A stretch of 64,000 nucleotides of DNA. Origin: Octopus vulgaris (lineage: Eukaryota). The notes beneath the pieces were generated by a model. The model saw nothing but the letters and a program-made list of their open reading frames with translations. It did not search any database and had not been told where the DNA came from. The stretch spans positions 22,568,001 to 22,632,000 of the forward strand of contig OX597816.1 in assembly GCA_951406725.2 (NCBI GenBank), in the 5' to 3' direction. The first letter of the stretch is position 1. The number at the start of each line of letters is the position of its first letter. Shown here piece by piece: positions 26,087 through 39,722 of the stretch. A program made the translations under genes and the position numbers.

Positions 26087-26215
26087 ACAGGCTTCTTTCA
26101 GCTTCCGTCTACTAAATCCACTCACAAAGCTTTGGTCGACCCGAGGCTACAGTAGAAGACACTTGCCCATGTGGTTCGTAAGCAAGGTACTTACCACACA
26201 GCAACCCTTACGCCT
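25797..26215 (-). mobile_element. Family A SINE
   Basis: Homologous to family A. Confidence 0.8.
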
Positions 26216-26974
26216 TTGTAATAAAAGAATTTCGCTAAGCTGACACTTATTAATCGCTATGACATCTTTGTGGCCCCAACATAAATTCTTTAAATCCATC
26301 GATTCGGATTTCGACATGCTTGAATCCGAAGATGTCGTCTAAGTCTATAAGGGAATGGAAATATGTCGCTGCCACATAACAAATGAGAAATAAATCTAAA
26401 AGTGATTATAACGATTATGAGAAAATGATGGTGGTGATGATGATGATAGCGATGACGACGACGCGATAAAACGGTGACCACAAAAACGAAAGTGACAACA
26501 ACAGCGGAGGCGATGACGGTGGCAATGACGACTGCGATGATGATACTGATAATGGCCTGGCTGAGGGTGATGTTGATGAAGAGAAAGTGGAGGAGAGAAT
26601 GCGGAGGACGGGTGAAGGATGATGTGATGGAGGTGAAAGAGGAGAGGAGGTGGTGAATCCGGAGGGAGGGATAAAGGAGGATGAGGTAGATGTGGTGGTG
26701 GAGGAGGAGGGGGTGATGGAGAGGGAGGTGATGGAGGAAGAGGGAATGGATGAGGATGAGGTGATGGAGGAGGAGTGAAGGGGAGAGGGTGAAGATATTG
26801 TCGATAATGAGGAGGATGAAGAAGTTGATGATGCTGGTGGTGTTGATGATGAAGAGAAGGTGAAGCAGGAGGAGAGGGAGTAGAAGATAAAGAGGAAGCG
26901 GCAAGGGAGGAGAGGAAAGAGAATAATAGATAAAAGAAAGAATGGGTTTCACGGGGATTCTCATGCAGATATAT

Positions 26975-27541
26975 CTCTTCTACTATAGGCACAAAACCTG
27001 AAATTTGAGTGGAAGGGATTACATCGACCCCCAGCGCTCAACTGATACTTTTTTTTATCTATCCCTAGAGAATGAAAGACAAAGTCGGTCCGGTAGCATT
27101 TGAACTCAGAACGTAAAGACAGATGAAATATCTATTTCTTTACTGCCCACAAGGGGCTAAACATAGAGGGGGCAAACAAGGACAGACAGATTAAGTCGAT
27201 TATATCAACCCCAGTACGTAACTGGTACTTAATTTATCGACCCCGAAAGGATGAAAGGCAAATTCGACCTCGGCGGAATTTGAACTCAGAACGTAAGGCA
27301 GACGAAATACCTATTTCATTACTACTCACAAGGAGCTAAACACAGAGAGGACAAACAAGAACAGACAAACGGATTAAGTCGATTAGATCGACCCCAGTGC
27401 TTAAATGGTACTTAATTTATCGACCCCGTAAGGATGAAAGGCAAAGTCGACCTCGGCGGAATTTGAACCCAGAACGGTACGGCAGACGAACTACCGCTAA
27501 GCATTTCGCCCGGCGCGCTAACGTATCTGCCAGCTCGCCGC
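26975..27541 (-). mobile_element. Family B SINE trimer
   Basis: Three cores joined at GAAATAG|GTATTTC-type junctions, with one head at ~27541. Confidence 0.8.
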
Positions 27542-28885
27542 GTTTCTTCTGTTGACATATAAACCTTATTTACTGTATGTCTAGTATCGTTTTGTTTGCA
27601 TCCAGCCTAGAAGATTAGCATTTAACTGTGATCGTCATGAGAACTTCTAAGACTGACAGAAGAGTGATATCAATAGTGTCATAAACCTGTAAACTAGACC
27701 GAATACCTCCAACAGAAAACAATTCCCCGATAAAAAGACCGAAGAGAATTAAAACTGTAGACGAATTAAGTCTCTTACTTTATTAGGCAACAATGGGATT
27801 TGAACTACTAATGCAAAATCCGGAGCATATTACTGAGGTTATTTTGTTTTCTTCCCAATATACTTCAGCCGTCCATCACATGGGAGTGGTATTTATTCAT
27901 CGACTTTATTTGTATGCTAGTTTTACTACGGCGGTTTTCGGTTAATCTACCTTAAGCTTTCTCTTAGCTTATATTATTTATTTGGGCTTTACTCTGAGTA
28001 AGGGAGAATATAATGATTCAACGTCACTTATACTAAAGTGTTATCATTATATCTAAAACCCTAACTACAGTTATAACGTCATAGAGACATATGCGCATGG
28101 AACGCTACGTCAACGACCATGTATGTTGAATATTTTAATCGCGTCCTTTAAAACGCTATAAGAAACATAATTCAAAGATTACAGAAATGCATATTTATCT
28201 ATGCTCAGTTGAAAAACAAACGTGAAGAGAAACATTTTCTTTTTAATCATTTTTTTATTATAGAAATATAACATTTTATATTTTTTTACAGTAAGAAAGA
28301 TAACTTCGTCGCGGAGAAAAAACGACTATAATTTCCTTAGCTAATTTCTTCTTTCTATCTAATACTTTAATCAACAATCAAAATGGATTTGTGATTAACT
28401 CGGACATGGCATAAATTTTACCGATGCCTCCAAAAGTGTGAGTGACGTGGAGTTATGTGACACCAACGAACACTAAAGTCTCTCCCCAAATCCAGGGTTT
28501 TTATAACTGCTCAACCTGACCAAAAAGAATCGAAATTCAGGACAAACATTCTTTTCGAAACTTCTAGAATCTTTATATGAGCAGTTATATTAACCAATGG
28601 GAAAAAAAAATGAAAATGCTAATTCTTCGGCAAAGACATTACGTCATATTGCCAATTCGCGCCACATTTCAAAATGGCTAAAATGATTATTGCTACATCA
28701 GCCTCTCGCCAGAAAAATTGTTAAAATTTTGCGAAAGGAAATTCGTAACATATTTTTTTTTTATGCAACATTTGAATTAATGGTTACAACATATCAATAT
28801 ATACAATGCATTTATAATTTACATGTTAAACATATGAAATCAGCCTTTCCAATACAGCTTTACATTTAAAATGTTCATATATAGT

Positions 28886-31800
28886 TCATTTCATTTCACT
28901 GGAAATTTTTCTTTTATATATATATAATCCAGGAATATAAACAAAATTTTTGAAAATTCTCAAACAAACTGAGAAACTTTTTTTTGGAAAATGTACAATT
29001 CTGCCACTTCTAGTCTTTTTCACATCTGTAGGTAATTTCAAAATTGACTTTGTTTTTCCATTAACATTGGATTTGTTTCTTTGAATATCATTTTGTTTCA
29101 AGTTATGTTGATATGTATTGCTCACATCTTCATTTTCATGACATGAATGTTGGTCGAAATAAGCTTTTTTTACTCTGTCGACACTGACAATTTCTTTTTT
29201 ACCATTCATCTCCAAAGTCATAGTTTTGTCTCTAACTGACAAGACTTTAAAAGGTCCGGTGTATTTATTTTTCAGTGAATTATGAGCAGCATCGTTACGT
29301 ACAAATACATGTGTCCAAGAATTTATATCAATAGGAACAAAGCTTTTAACATTTTGCAATTTTCTTGTAAAAGAAGGAATATCCGTAAGAAATCTCCTAA
29401 GACGAGTTACATAATCATTAACATCTCCATTAAAAAAATTGGTTACTTCGAACATTTGAGCAGGTAGAGTTAATGTTGTTTCGTACAAAAGTTCAGCAGG
29501 AGAATATTGTACATTTTCTTTAACAGCAGTTCTAATTCCTAATAATACGACCGGTAAGGCCTCTAACCAACTGTTAGAATCAGAATAAGTTCTTAATGAA
29601 GATTTCAACTGCCTATGGAACCTTTCTATCATTCCGTTAGATTGTGGGTGATATGAAGTTGTACGAATTCTATTAATCCCCAACAATTTATTGAATTCTG
29701 CGAACAGGCTAGACTCAAATTGTCTACCACGATCTGTTGTCACTGTATTTGGGATGCCAAATCTCGACATCCAATTGTTAAATAAAGTTTTCGCTATAGT
29801 TACTGCAGATACGTCTTTTATCGGATAAGCCTCCGGCCATCTCGAAATGCGATCGATACACGTCAACAAATATATATTATCCTCACATGGAGTTAAGGGT
29901 CCAAATATATCGATGTGGATATGTTGGAATCTCGCATCTGGATTTGCAAATGTACCTAATGGTGCTTTGATATGACGCTGTACTTTGGATTTTTGACACT
30001 GCATACATGACTTTACCCAAGAACGAATATCTTTATTCATACGAGGCCAAACAAAACGACTTGATATCAACTTCAATGAAGCTTCTATACCTGGATGAGA
30101 TAAATTATGTAAGCTAGAAAAAACATTTTTTCTGTGCCTTTCAGGCACAAATGGTCTCGAAAAGCCTGTAGAAATATCACACCAAATATGTGAATTACAC
30201 GAATGGATCGGCAACATTTTAAATTTTAAAGAAGTTGAATTGGAATTTTTATATAAAGAAAATTCTTTATCTGCAACTTGATCCTTAGACATTTCTTTCA
30301 AATTTATAGTGTTTAATGGATTTAATGCATCTACATTAATTCTAGAAAGTGCATCTGCTGCTGAATTTTCAACACCCTTGATATAACGTATATCCACAGT
30401 AAATTATGAAATAAAATCAAGGTGTCTAATTTCTCTAGGAGAATACTTCTCCGAAGAACTTTTTAACGCATATGTTAATGGTTTATGGTCAATGAATAAA
30501 GTAAATGACCTACCTTCAAGAAGATGTCTGAAATGTTTAATTGACAAATAAGCTGCCAACAATTCTCTGCCGAACATACTGTAATTAGTCTCTGGTGCTT
30601 TGAATTTCTTTGAAAAAAATGCTAATGGTTGCCAGGAATTACAATGAAATTGCTGTAGAACGCCACCGATTCCAACATCGGAAGCATCACATATCAATGA
30701 TAATTCTGCTTGTGGAACCTGATGGTTTAAAAGTGTTGCTTTACACAGTTTCTTTTTAATTTTTCTAAATTCTGTTTCTGTTTCTTTTAAAGTTATGGCT
30801 TCATTTTTTTTCTTTCTATTTTTCAATAGCTCAGTTAAGGGATATAGGGTTTCAGTGACTTTAGGAATAAACTTTCTCTAAAAATTAACTATCCCTAAAA
30901 ATTCTCTGAGCTTCCTTAAATTATTCGGTACAGGAAAGTTTTTTATTGCTTCAACTTTTTCTGGTTATGGTCGAATTCGATCTTTATCTATAAGATGACC
31001 CAGAAAAGATATAATGGGTTCACCATAAACACACTTCGATGGATTTATCACAATGCCAAAATTCGTCAATCTTTCGAAAAAATTTTTAAAATGTTTTTCA
31101 TGTGCTTCTTCTGATGGACTAGCAATGAGAATATCATCTATATAAGCAAATACGAAAGGTAAATTTCTTGTTACTTCGTCCATAAATCTTTGGAAAGTGT
31201 TTGCTGCGTTCCTCAATCCGAAAGGCATGCGAAGAAATTCAAAAAAACCAAATGGAGTGGTAATCGCTGTCTTCGGTATATCATTTTCTGCAACAGGAAT
31301 TTGATTGCATGCTCTGACTAAATCAATTTTTGAAAAAATAGTACAACCACTCAAAGAAGTTGCAAAGTCCATAATGTGGGGTATCGGATATTTGTCTGCT
31401 TTTGTTTTCGCATTAAGTTGCCTGAAGTCTCCACAAGGTCGCCAGTCTATAAGATTTTTCTTTATCATAACTAATGGTGTTGACCAGCTACTACTGGAAG
31501 GACGGATTATACCTAGATCCATCATATGCCGAAATTCTGCCTTAGCCACCTTCAATTTTTCAGGAGATAATCTTCTCGGCTTAGAAAAACTTGGTGGTCC
31601 TTGCGTGACGATGTGATGTTCTACCGAATGCACACACTCAGTATTTAGAGCTAACTGTTTCGTGATATTCGGATAATTCTTCAAAATCCTGTGATATCTA
31701 TTTTCCGAGGACGCTATGAAATGCAATGGACTAACTGTGCTTTTTCTGCATCTCATTCCTTGAATTTTTAATGAAGTTTCTGTGTCTATCAATTTTTGTT

Positions 31801-32128
31801 TTTTAACATCTACCATTAAATGATAGTGTGCCAAATAATCCGCTCCTAATATTGGATATGGTAAATCTGCTACTATGAAAATCCATTTATATTCTCTTCT
31901 TAAATTTATATCTAGAGTTAAGCTAATCTCTCCAAATGTTTGGATTTCAGATTGATTAACTGCTTGAAGAGTCGAATATACAGGTTTGTTTTTTTGTTTT
32001 AAAAGCTTTACAGGCCAAATTGAACAAGCTGCTCCTGTATCAACTAAAAACGTTTCTTTTGAGTTTAAGTCGTAGACGAAAAATACGCGACTTTTAATGA
32101 TGCTATCCACAGATTTCGTCGCATCCAA
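28886..32128 (-). pseudogene. pol: Ty3/Gypsy pol (protease-RT-RNaseH-integrase), one reading frame with three premature stops
   Basis: Protease [10 protein letters not shown]; [38 protein letters not shown]; RNase H CDASDVGIGG, RELLA, DHKPL; integrase HHCC (HNLSH..CMQC), DDE (HIDIFG, TTDRG, GMIERFH) and GPF motif. ORFs 30965-32128, 30404-30826 and 28886-30397 share one frame, with stops at about 30965, 30878 and 30404. Confidence 0.97.
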
Positions 32129-32976
32129 TCTGCGGTTCAGAAGTTTCCCGAATTTCCCTTTTTTTGTTGTTTAGGAAATCAAATGCACAAGGTTTAATAC
32201 ATTTGAATGATTTGTCTCCAAATTTTGCATGGTACCAACATATGGCGTTTCTCTTGAAGATAGGGCTCCTTGATCTCCTGCGCCATCTTGTACTATTTCG
32301 TTGAGCCGAGCGACTGTTTCTTTCGAGTTGCAAACTCTCTATTTTTTTAAATTAATAATTCAAATTGTTCTTTATAACAATCTTTTAATTCCTGTATTTC
32401 ATTCGAAATGGATGGAATTGCATTTACAGATGCTTTTGACGATAATGCCAGAATACCGTCTGCTAAATCTGCCAACTGTTGAATGGAGTTTTGGTTTTTA
32501 ACGGCCGAAAGCAAAGTTTGAGTTTTATATTGCAATTTAGTGAAGAACACTTCTTTGAGATAAGATTCTTCTATCTGCTGATTTCCCAGAAGTTCATTCA
32601 TTCTTCGCAGAAGTTGTGTGGGTTTTTTATTTCCCAATTCTTCATTGTTGAATAACTTCACAAACTCTTTTTGTTTCGAATTTGATGTTCGTTTCAATAT
32701 TTCTTCTTTAATGGAAGAATGAGAAACTGGTTCTATAGGGTTTAGTAGCAAATCTCTAATTTCATTATTTAGAGGTGGAGGTAAATTGCTAAGCATTATA
32801 TTGTATTTCTGTTCTTCATTTGTAATTTTGTTAGCTTTAAAGCTTGCCTCCAGTTGTGCCAACCAAATTACGGTGTCTCCAGTCCACGGAGGACTAGGCA
32901 ATACATTCACAGAAGCTTGTGTGTAATTTCTATCGAAATATGACATCTCAAATTCTTTTAAATTCTGCTCCATCAT
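32103..32976 (-). pseudogene. gag: Ty3/Gypsy gag (CsRn1/Kabuki-like), frameshifted
   Basis: ORF 32347-32976 reads PSPPW..WLAQLEASFKANKITNEEQKY..LGNKKPTQLLRRM..QQLADLADGI. It continues after an A-run frameshift into 32103-32333, which carries the CHCC knuckle CWYHAKFGDKSFKCIKPC typical of CsRn1-clade Gag. Confidence 0.9.
32143..32149 (-). promoter_or_regulatory. Putative -1 ribosomal frameshift heptamer GGGAAAC at the gag-pol junction
   Basis: Minus strand reads aat tcG GGA AAC ttc tga (NSGNF*). A -1 slip gives [11 protein letters not shown], the pol frame. The gag phase requires a 1-bp indel in the upstream A-run. Confidence 0.6.
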
Positions 32977-34382
32977 ATGTATGAATATTTTCTCAACGGA
33001 AAATTTTTTTTTTCGTTATGTTATTAAGCTTTTAACAGCTCAAAATATTTTTATATTGCTAGAAAGTGCAGCTAAAATTTTCTTTCATAAAGTTTCTTCT
33101 TCAGCGTTCTTTTTTGTTTCAACTTACTTTTAAGAATTTGTTAATAAAATATTTATCCAATAATTCTGTAATTTATGTTTATTATATTATTAAATTTTCC
33201 ACCAGTTTGTCGGTGTTTATAATTGTGAGTAGTAAAGAAATAGGCATTTATTCATCGACTTTAGTTGTATGCTAGCTTAAGTTGACCATGGTAAGGTATT
33301 AAATCAGAACGCAACGAGCTACGATGAATAAACATAGGCACATTGTTCGATGCTCTTTCTACTCTCTCGTACAATAAATGAATTTGCCAATTCGCCAGTT
33401 AGTGAGCTAGCAAGAAGTGATAAACTATGATGACGATAATGATACAGGTAATTTTCTTTCACTTCAACACTTCAACAATTACAACGCAGATGCGTCTCAA
33501 AATACTAAACCAAGATATCTTGACGTAAAATTTTCAAGAAAAAAAAAAGGATCGAATATAGTCTGACAGAGAAAATAGGTTTCAATGAGCCACAAATGTG
33601 TAGTCGTAGAGTAATGCTCTAAGAATTATGATCACACATACATAGATGCCCCTACAGCTCGAAAACCTTCTCTGAAAGAGTTAATAGGTTATGTTACCTA
33701 TACGACATAATCAACGTTTAATGGCGCTTTTGCTCCTGTTGCTAAAGCTAAAAACAACGTATACTGAAATATATTTTGTTGAGAAAGTAAGCTTCACTAC
33801 AACAAAGAAAGCATGACGAACATTTATTTTATTTTATATTCTATAATATAATACATATATCTCAAATCCTCATAAAACAAATTTAGACACTGCATTTAAC
33901 TTAATATCGAACGAATGATGTCCAGCAATATATATATATATTTATATATTTATTTATTTATATTTATATATATTCCATTTTGGCGCCATTGAAATATGGC
34001 ATTAAACTATAGACATCATATTACGTATATATTCACAAATATTCAAATAGGCATATTACCATAATTCATTGCTAAATATAATGGGAAAATGTCAGAAAGA
34101 ATTTTTTGAAAAGTTTACAAAATGAAATATTATATTTTAAGATAAATAATTATGCTTGAGACGCTATGAAATTCTAATGCAAAATTTGGCACAATTTCAG
34201 GCAATATTTTCTAATCTAACTGCGCAGTTTTATGCTATGGAATAAAGGTGTTTTCTATACGTCAGTTTTTATAGTTTAGTTAAAGTGAGATCCAAAAACA
34301 CATGTCAAATTTATAGTCAAAAGTTTGGGGCAAAATACTTACTTCACATATACGTATAACACATAGACACAGGAGACACACA

Positions 34383-34483
<101 letters not shown>

Positions 34484-34554
34484 CAATACAAACGAAAACG
34501 AAATATACTAAATAGATAAAAAAAAAATCAGACTGAAAGACAAAGAGAAAGAAT

Positions 34555-35187
34555 CTTTTCTACTCTATGCACAAGGCCCGAACTTTTGTGGGGAGGGGAA
34601 CAGTCGATTAGATCGAACCCAGTATGCAACTGGTACTTATTTTATTGACCCCGAAAGGATGAAAGGCGAAGTCAACCTCGGCGGAATTTTGAACTCAGAT
34701 GAAATAGCGCTAAACATTTCGCCCGACGTGTTAACGTTTCTTATTTTTTTTATTGCCCACAAGGGGCTAAACATAGAGACAGACGTAAAGACAGGCGAAA
34801 TACCTATTTCTTTACTACCCACAAGGGGCGAAACACCGAGAGGACAAACAAGGATAGACTAAGTCGATTATATCGACCCCAGTGCGTAACTGTTACTTAT
34901 TTAATCGACCCCGAAATGATGAAAGGCAAAGTCGACCTCGGCGGAATTTGAACTCAGAACGTAGCAGCAGACGAAATATCGCTAAGCATTTCTCTCGGTG
35001 TGCTAATATTTCCTATTTCTTTATTGCCCACAAGGGGCTAAACATAGAAGGGACAAACAAGGAGAGACAAAGGGATTAAGTCGATTATATCGACCCCAGT
35101 GCGTTACTGGTACTTAATTTATCGACCCTGAAAGGATGAAAGGCAAAGTCGACCTCGGCGGAATTTGAACTCAGAACGTAACGGCAG
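34555..35187 (-). mobile_element. Family B SINE multimer
   Basis: Three cores plus a partial unit, flanked by AGAGAAAGAAT. Further copies at ~35420-35600(-) and 35620-35940(+). Confidence 0.8.
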
Positions 35188-36838
35188 AGAGAAAGAATGA
35201 AAAATTGTGAGAAAATATAAGCAAATTTTGTTTTGACATTCAGGATGTAACACTTTCATATGTTACCTTTGAGCATGTATAGATTGGACAGAAGGATAGA
35301 TTGATAGTGACAGTACTAGCATTCATTTGTCCAACTAAACGCTTCAAAGCGGTGCCCCAGCTCCCATGACTGAAACGAATAAAAGATGGAAGATAGTAAT
35401 ATGATGAGGAATTATTGATTTCAGATATTCACACAAGATCATTAGTTTCGGGGAAGGGGCCAAGCCAATTACAATGACCCCAGTGCTCCGTTGGTACATA
35501 TTTTATCGACATATTTTATCGAAGTTGTGAAGGCAAAGTCGACCCCGAACGGAATTTGCACTTACAACGAAATGACAGGCCGCTAAGCATTTTGCCTGTC
35601 TTTTTCTTTCTCCGCGTCTAAGATGGTGAGCTGGCAGAAACGTTAGCACGTCGGGCGAAATGCTTAAGGTTTTTCGCCTGTCTTTATGTTCTGATTTCAA
35701 ATTCCGCCGAGGTCGAATTTGCCTTTCATCCTTTCAGGGTCGATAGATAAAGTACCAGTTGCACACTGGGGTCGATGTAATCGACTTAATCCTTTCGTCT
35801 GTTCTTGTTTGTCCCCTCTATGTTTAGCCCCCTCTGGGCAATAAAGAAATAAGAAACGTTAACATGTAGGGCGAAATGCTTAGCGTATTTCGTCTGTCTT
35901 TACGTTCTGAGTTCGAATTCCACCGAGGTCGGCTTAGCGGCATTTTGCCTGGTGTGCTAAAGATTCTTTCAGCTTGCCTCTTTAAATGTATTGTAGAAAC
36001 ATTAAGTTAAATATTAGGCCGTTAATTGCGTAGTTATAAGTGGATTCGTTTAGAAGTGTATAAAACACGGATATATTTCAAATGATGCGGTCGGGTCTCA
36101 TTTTAATATCTATTGTCTGATTCACTCTTCGTTTCTTACAGCTTTTTTGCATCATAAAAGGTCTCCTGCGAAATTATACACACCAGATTGAGATGCAGTT
36201 TGAAATAAGACTATCATTTCCTTTGTGTTCAATCTGAGCTGATTAATTGGAGAAATACACGAATAATTTGTAATATAATTGTCAGATGATGAGATGAACT
36301 CAATCAAAGAAATAAATAAGTAAATAAATAAATATATTCGCATGTGTGTGAGACACTAATAGATTACACAGACAAAGTAATATTCTTTAATAATATCGTT
36401 CCAGATTGAATTAATTTGTATTGTATTTTCAATGGAAATATTGCATACATTGTATCTGGGGCCTGGCTGCAACTGTTATTTTAATATTGCTATGAAAAAT
36501 TACTGACAGGTGTTTAGCTTGAAACTAATTAAGTTTGATTGCTTGAACGGCGAGGTAATATCAGAGCGATTTTCTACATCATGCGAGTGATTTGTTTGGC
36601 AGATTTGGTCGAAATATAGAAATAAAAGAAAATAGTTTAGGTAACAAAAAGTGTTTATACAATAATAAAATTTATATTTTGTTATGATTTTTAAAAAACA
36701 TTTGCATTTTTATTGTTATAAATATTTCAAAGATTCCTGTATTATTTCTTATTGTTATTTTTGTGTTTGTATTAATTTCCTGATAGCTCCTACAAAATAA
36801 AATTAACATTACAGCTTATTGTTAGTGGTATTGGAATA

Positions 36839-36906
36839 CAGTAGTATCTCGGTTTTCGAACAAGATCGCGAATAAATCGTGCTTTACATATATGTATATA
36901 TGTATG

Positions 36907-37002
<96 letters not shown>

Positions 37003-37054
37003 TAAAGCACGATTTATTCGGTATCAGGTGCGTTCGTGAACCGAGGTACTACAG
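36839..37054. mobile_element. Tigger/pogo-like (Tc1/mariner) MITE
   Basis: TA|CAGTAGTATCTCGGTTTTCGAAC..GAATAAATCGTGCTTTA is inverted with TAAAGCACGATTTATTC..AACCGAGGTACTACAG|TA. Extra right arms lie at ~37084-37135 and ~37664-37716. Confidence 0.7.
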
Positions 37055-37132
37055 TATTAAATGAATAAGAGAAAGACAGGAGATAAAGTACGATTTATTC
37101 GTGATGAGAGTTGTTCGAAAACCGAGGTTCTA

Positions 37133-37196
<64 letters not shown>

Positions 37197-37235
37197 ATAT
37201 TTCGGAATGGTCATATATACAACAAATATTTAAAC

Positions 37236-37277
<42 letters not shown>

Positions 37278-37527
37278 TTATACGCATTGAGTCGAAACAG
37301 GGGCAGCTGAAGAAGGGGAATATTCCTTGTATTGTTTGTCTTGTACTCTGTTTTTTTCGTTGTTAAAAAAAGTCTGTTTCCTTGTTTGATTTCATGTTTT
37401 CGTTTCTCGTTGTGTTCTACGTTTATTTGTGGTGTCCTGTACTCATTTATGCATCTATATATACATATAGATGTAGGTATGTACATATATGTATGTATGT
37501 ATGCATATGTTTTATTTATTAAATTGT

Positions 37528-37578
<51 letters not shown>

Positions 37579-38624
37579 TAAAAATACACACACATATATA
37601 GATAGATAAATAGAGAGAGGGGGAGATAGGGAGAGAGGGAGAGAGAGATACGAATAAATATATATAAAGCACGATTTATTCCTGATCAGAGGCGTTCGTA
37701 AACCGAGGATCTACTCTATTTCTATTTCTATTAGTAATAGCTTTTAACGTACGTTTTCTCTTTCTCTTCTTTTTCTACTAGTCTTGACCATATCTTTGTC
37801 ATTCAGACTCTGGCATTTACTTCTCAAGTCACTATTACTACAGCTGTGTTTGGTTTATCACAAATAACCTCTTATTGTTAGGTATTTTTTTTTCATATTT
37901 TTCTTCTTGCTTTCCTGTATTTTTGACGAAAAGTATAAATTATTTCCTCTCTCTCTCTTCTTCGAGAGTGTTTTTCTCAGATCGTGATTTGGTTACTTTT
38001 TGACATTTCTGCGTTAAATTTATTTGCAGGGTAAAATTAAGCAGGAAAAAAATATTTTCTATGTTTCCAGGCTATTTCACTCGTTATTTTCTCTCAATCC
38101 ATCTCTCTCTTTCTCTCCCTCTTTTTTCTCTCTTCCCCCCGCTCTCTCCCTCTCTTTCTCATTCTCTTTCTCTTAAATATCTTCATACAAATGCACCCAC
38201 ACAGTTGTAAATTTATTAAAGAAAATGTTTCTCATACGCTCACGCATAAACACAAATATGTATACGTTTGCATGTGTGCATGTTTGTGTGTATGTGTGTC
38301 GGATATGTGTGTGTATGTATGTGGCTGTGTGGTAAGTAGCTAGCTTCCCAATCACATCGTTCCGCGTTCAGTCCCACCGCGTAGTACGATGGGCAAGCGA
38401 TTTCTACAATAACCTCATGGCCGACCAAAACCTTATGAATGGATTTGGTACTAGGCTTAAAAAATAAGTCCCGGGATTGATTTGTTAGACTAAAACCCTT
38501 CAAGGCATTGCTCCAGCATGGCCGCAGTAAAATGAATGAAACAAGTAAAAGAGTAGAAGAAAGAATATATGTGTATATATATATATTGGTATGTATATGC
38601 ATTCTATATGTGTGTGTATACATG

Positions 38625-38951
38625 CTGAGACACCCTTCGGTCATCACTGCCCATGGGATTGCCCCTAGAAAGTTACCCTCCGAGGTACAAGGTTGGTTAT
38701 GGAAAACCAGTAGTCGACCATTGATACCGGCCTCCCCTCTCCACGCCACTAGTGTTATCCAAGGGAAAGGCAAAGGCCGATACAGTTGGCACCTGTGACG
38801 TCGCAACTCATTTCTACAGCTGAGTGAACTGGAGCAGCGTGAAATAAAGTGTGATGCTCAAGAACACAACACGCAACCCGGTCTGGGATTGGAACTCACA
38901 ACCTCACGATCGTAAGCTGGACGCTCTAACCACTGGGCCATGCGCCTTCAC
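38625..38951 (-). mobile_element. tRNA-derived CORE-SINE (family D)
   Basis: Head GTGAAGGCGCATGGCCCAGTGGTTAGAGCG; CORE-like TTGTGTTCTTGAGCA..CACTTTA..CACTCAGCTGTAGAAATGAG. Confidence 0.7.
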
Positions 38952-39306
38952 TGTATATATTTAGGTCTTGTATGCATAAATCATTTACAGATATATGCAT
39001 ACATACATACATACATATACATGTGTATATATGTGTGTGTATGTGTGTGTACACATACACATTCAGGCAAATGCATGCATATATATTATATGTAAATATT
39101 AACTGTGGAGCAAAGTGCAGAATATTTATATATGTATACATATATTCATACATTCGTACAAATTTACTTGTATTAGTTCTGTTCACAAAAAAATATACGC
39201 ATTACAGTAAGACGCACCAAATTTGAGGTCCACTGTACTCTACTTTTGTACAGTGTAGAGTTGTTTTTCGTTTTCACTCTAATAATAGCCATATCACTCA
39301 TTTAAA

Positions 39307-39722
39307 TGAGGAGTGGCTGTGTGGTAAGTAGCTTGCTAACCAACCACATGGTTCCGGGTTCAGTCCCACTGCGTGGCATCTTGGGCAAGTGTCTTCTGCT
39401 ATAGTCCCGGGCCGACCAATGCCTTGTGAGTGGATTTGGTAGACGGAAACTGAAAGAAGCCTGTCGTATATATGTATATATATATAAGTGTGTTTGTATA
39501 CGTTTGTGTGTCTGTGTTTGTCTCCCTAGCATTGCTTGACAACCGATGCTGGTGAGTTTACGTCCCCGTCGCCTAGCGGTTCGACAAAAAGAGACCGATA
39601 GAATAAGTCCTGGGCTTACAAAGAATAAGTCCCGGGGTCGATTTGCTCGACTAAAGGCGGTGCCCCAGCATGGCCGCAGTCAAATTACTGAAACAAGTAA
39701 AAGAGTAAAGAATAAAGAGAGT
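39307..39722 (+). mobile_element. Family A SINE
   Basis: Near full length; a deleted copy lies at ~38320-38560(+). Confidence 0.85.

Larger units (their letters stand above)
27921..33242 (-). mobile_element. Gypsy retrotransposon insertion without an LTR pair, bounded by 33-bp direct repeats
   Basis: Direct repeats at 27888-27920 and 33243-33275 (31/33 identical). Candidate PBS TGGTGGAAAAT (minus, ~33194-33204) and candidate PPT GGGGAGAG (minus, ~28480-28487). No long repeat is shared between the two ends. Confidence 0.7.

Noticed and set aside
27921-33238. 8-bp terminal inverted repeat TTTACTAC/GTAGTAAA around the Gypsy segment, suggesting a DNA transposon
   Set aside because: Very short, the right copy is explained by the SINE tail, and a 33-bp duplication does not fit DDE transposases.
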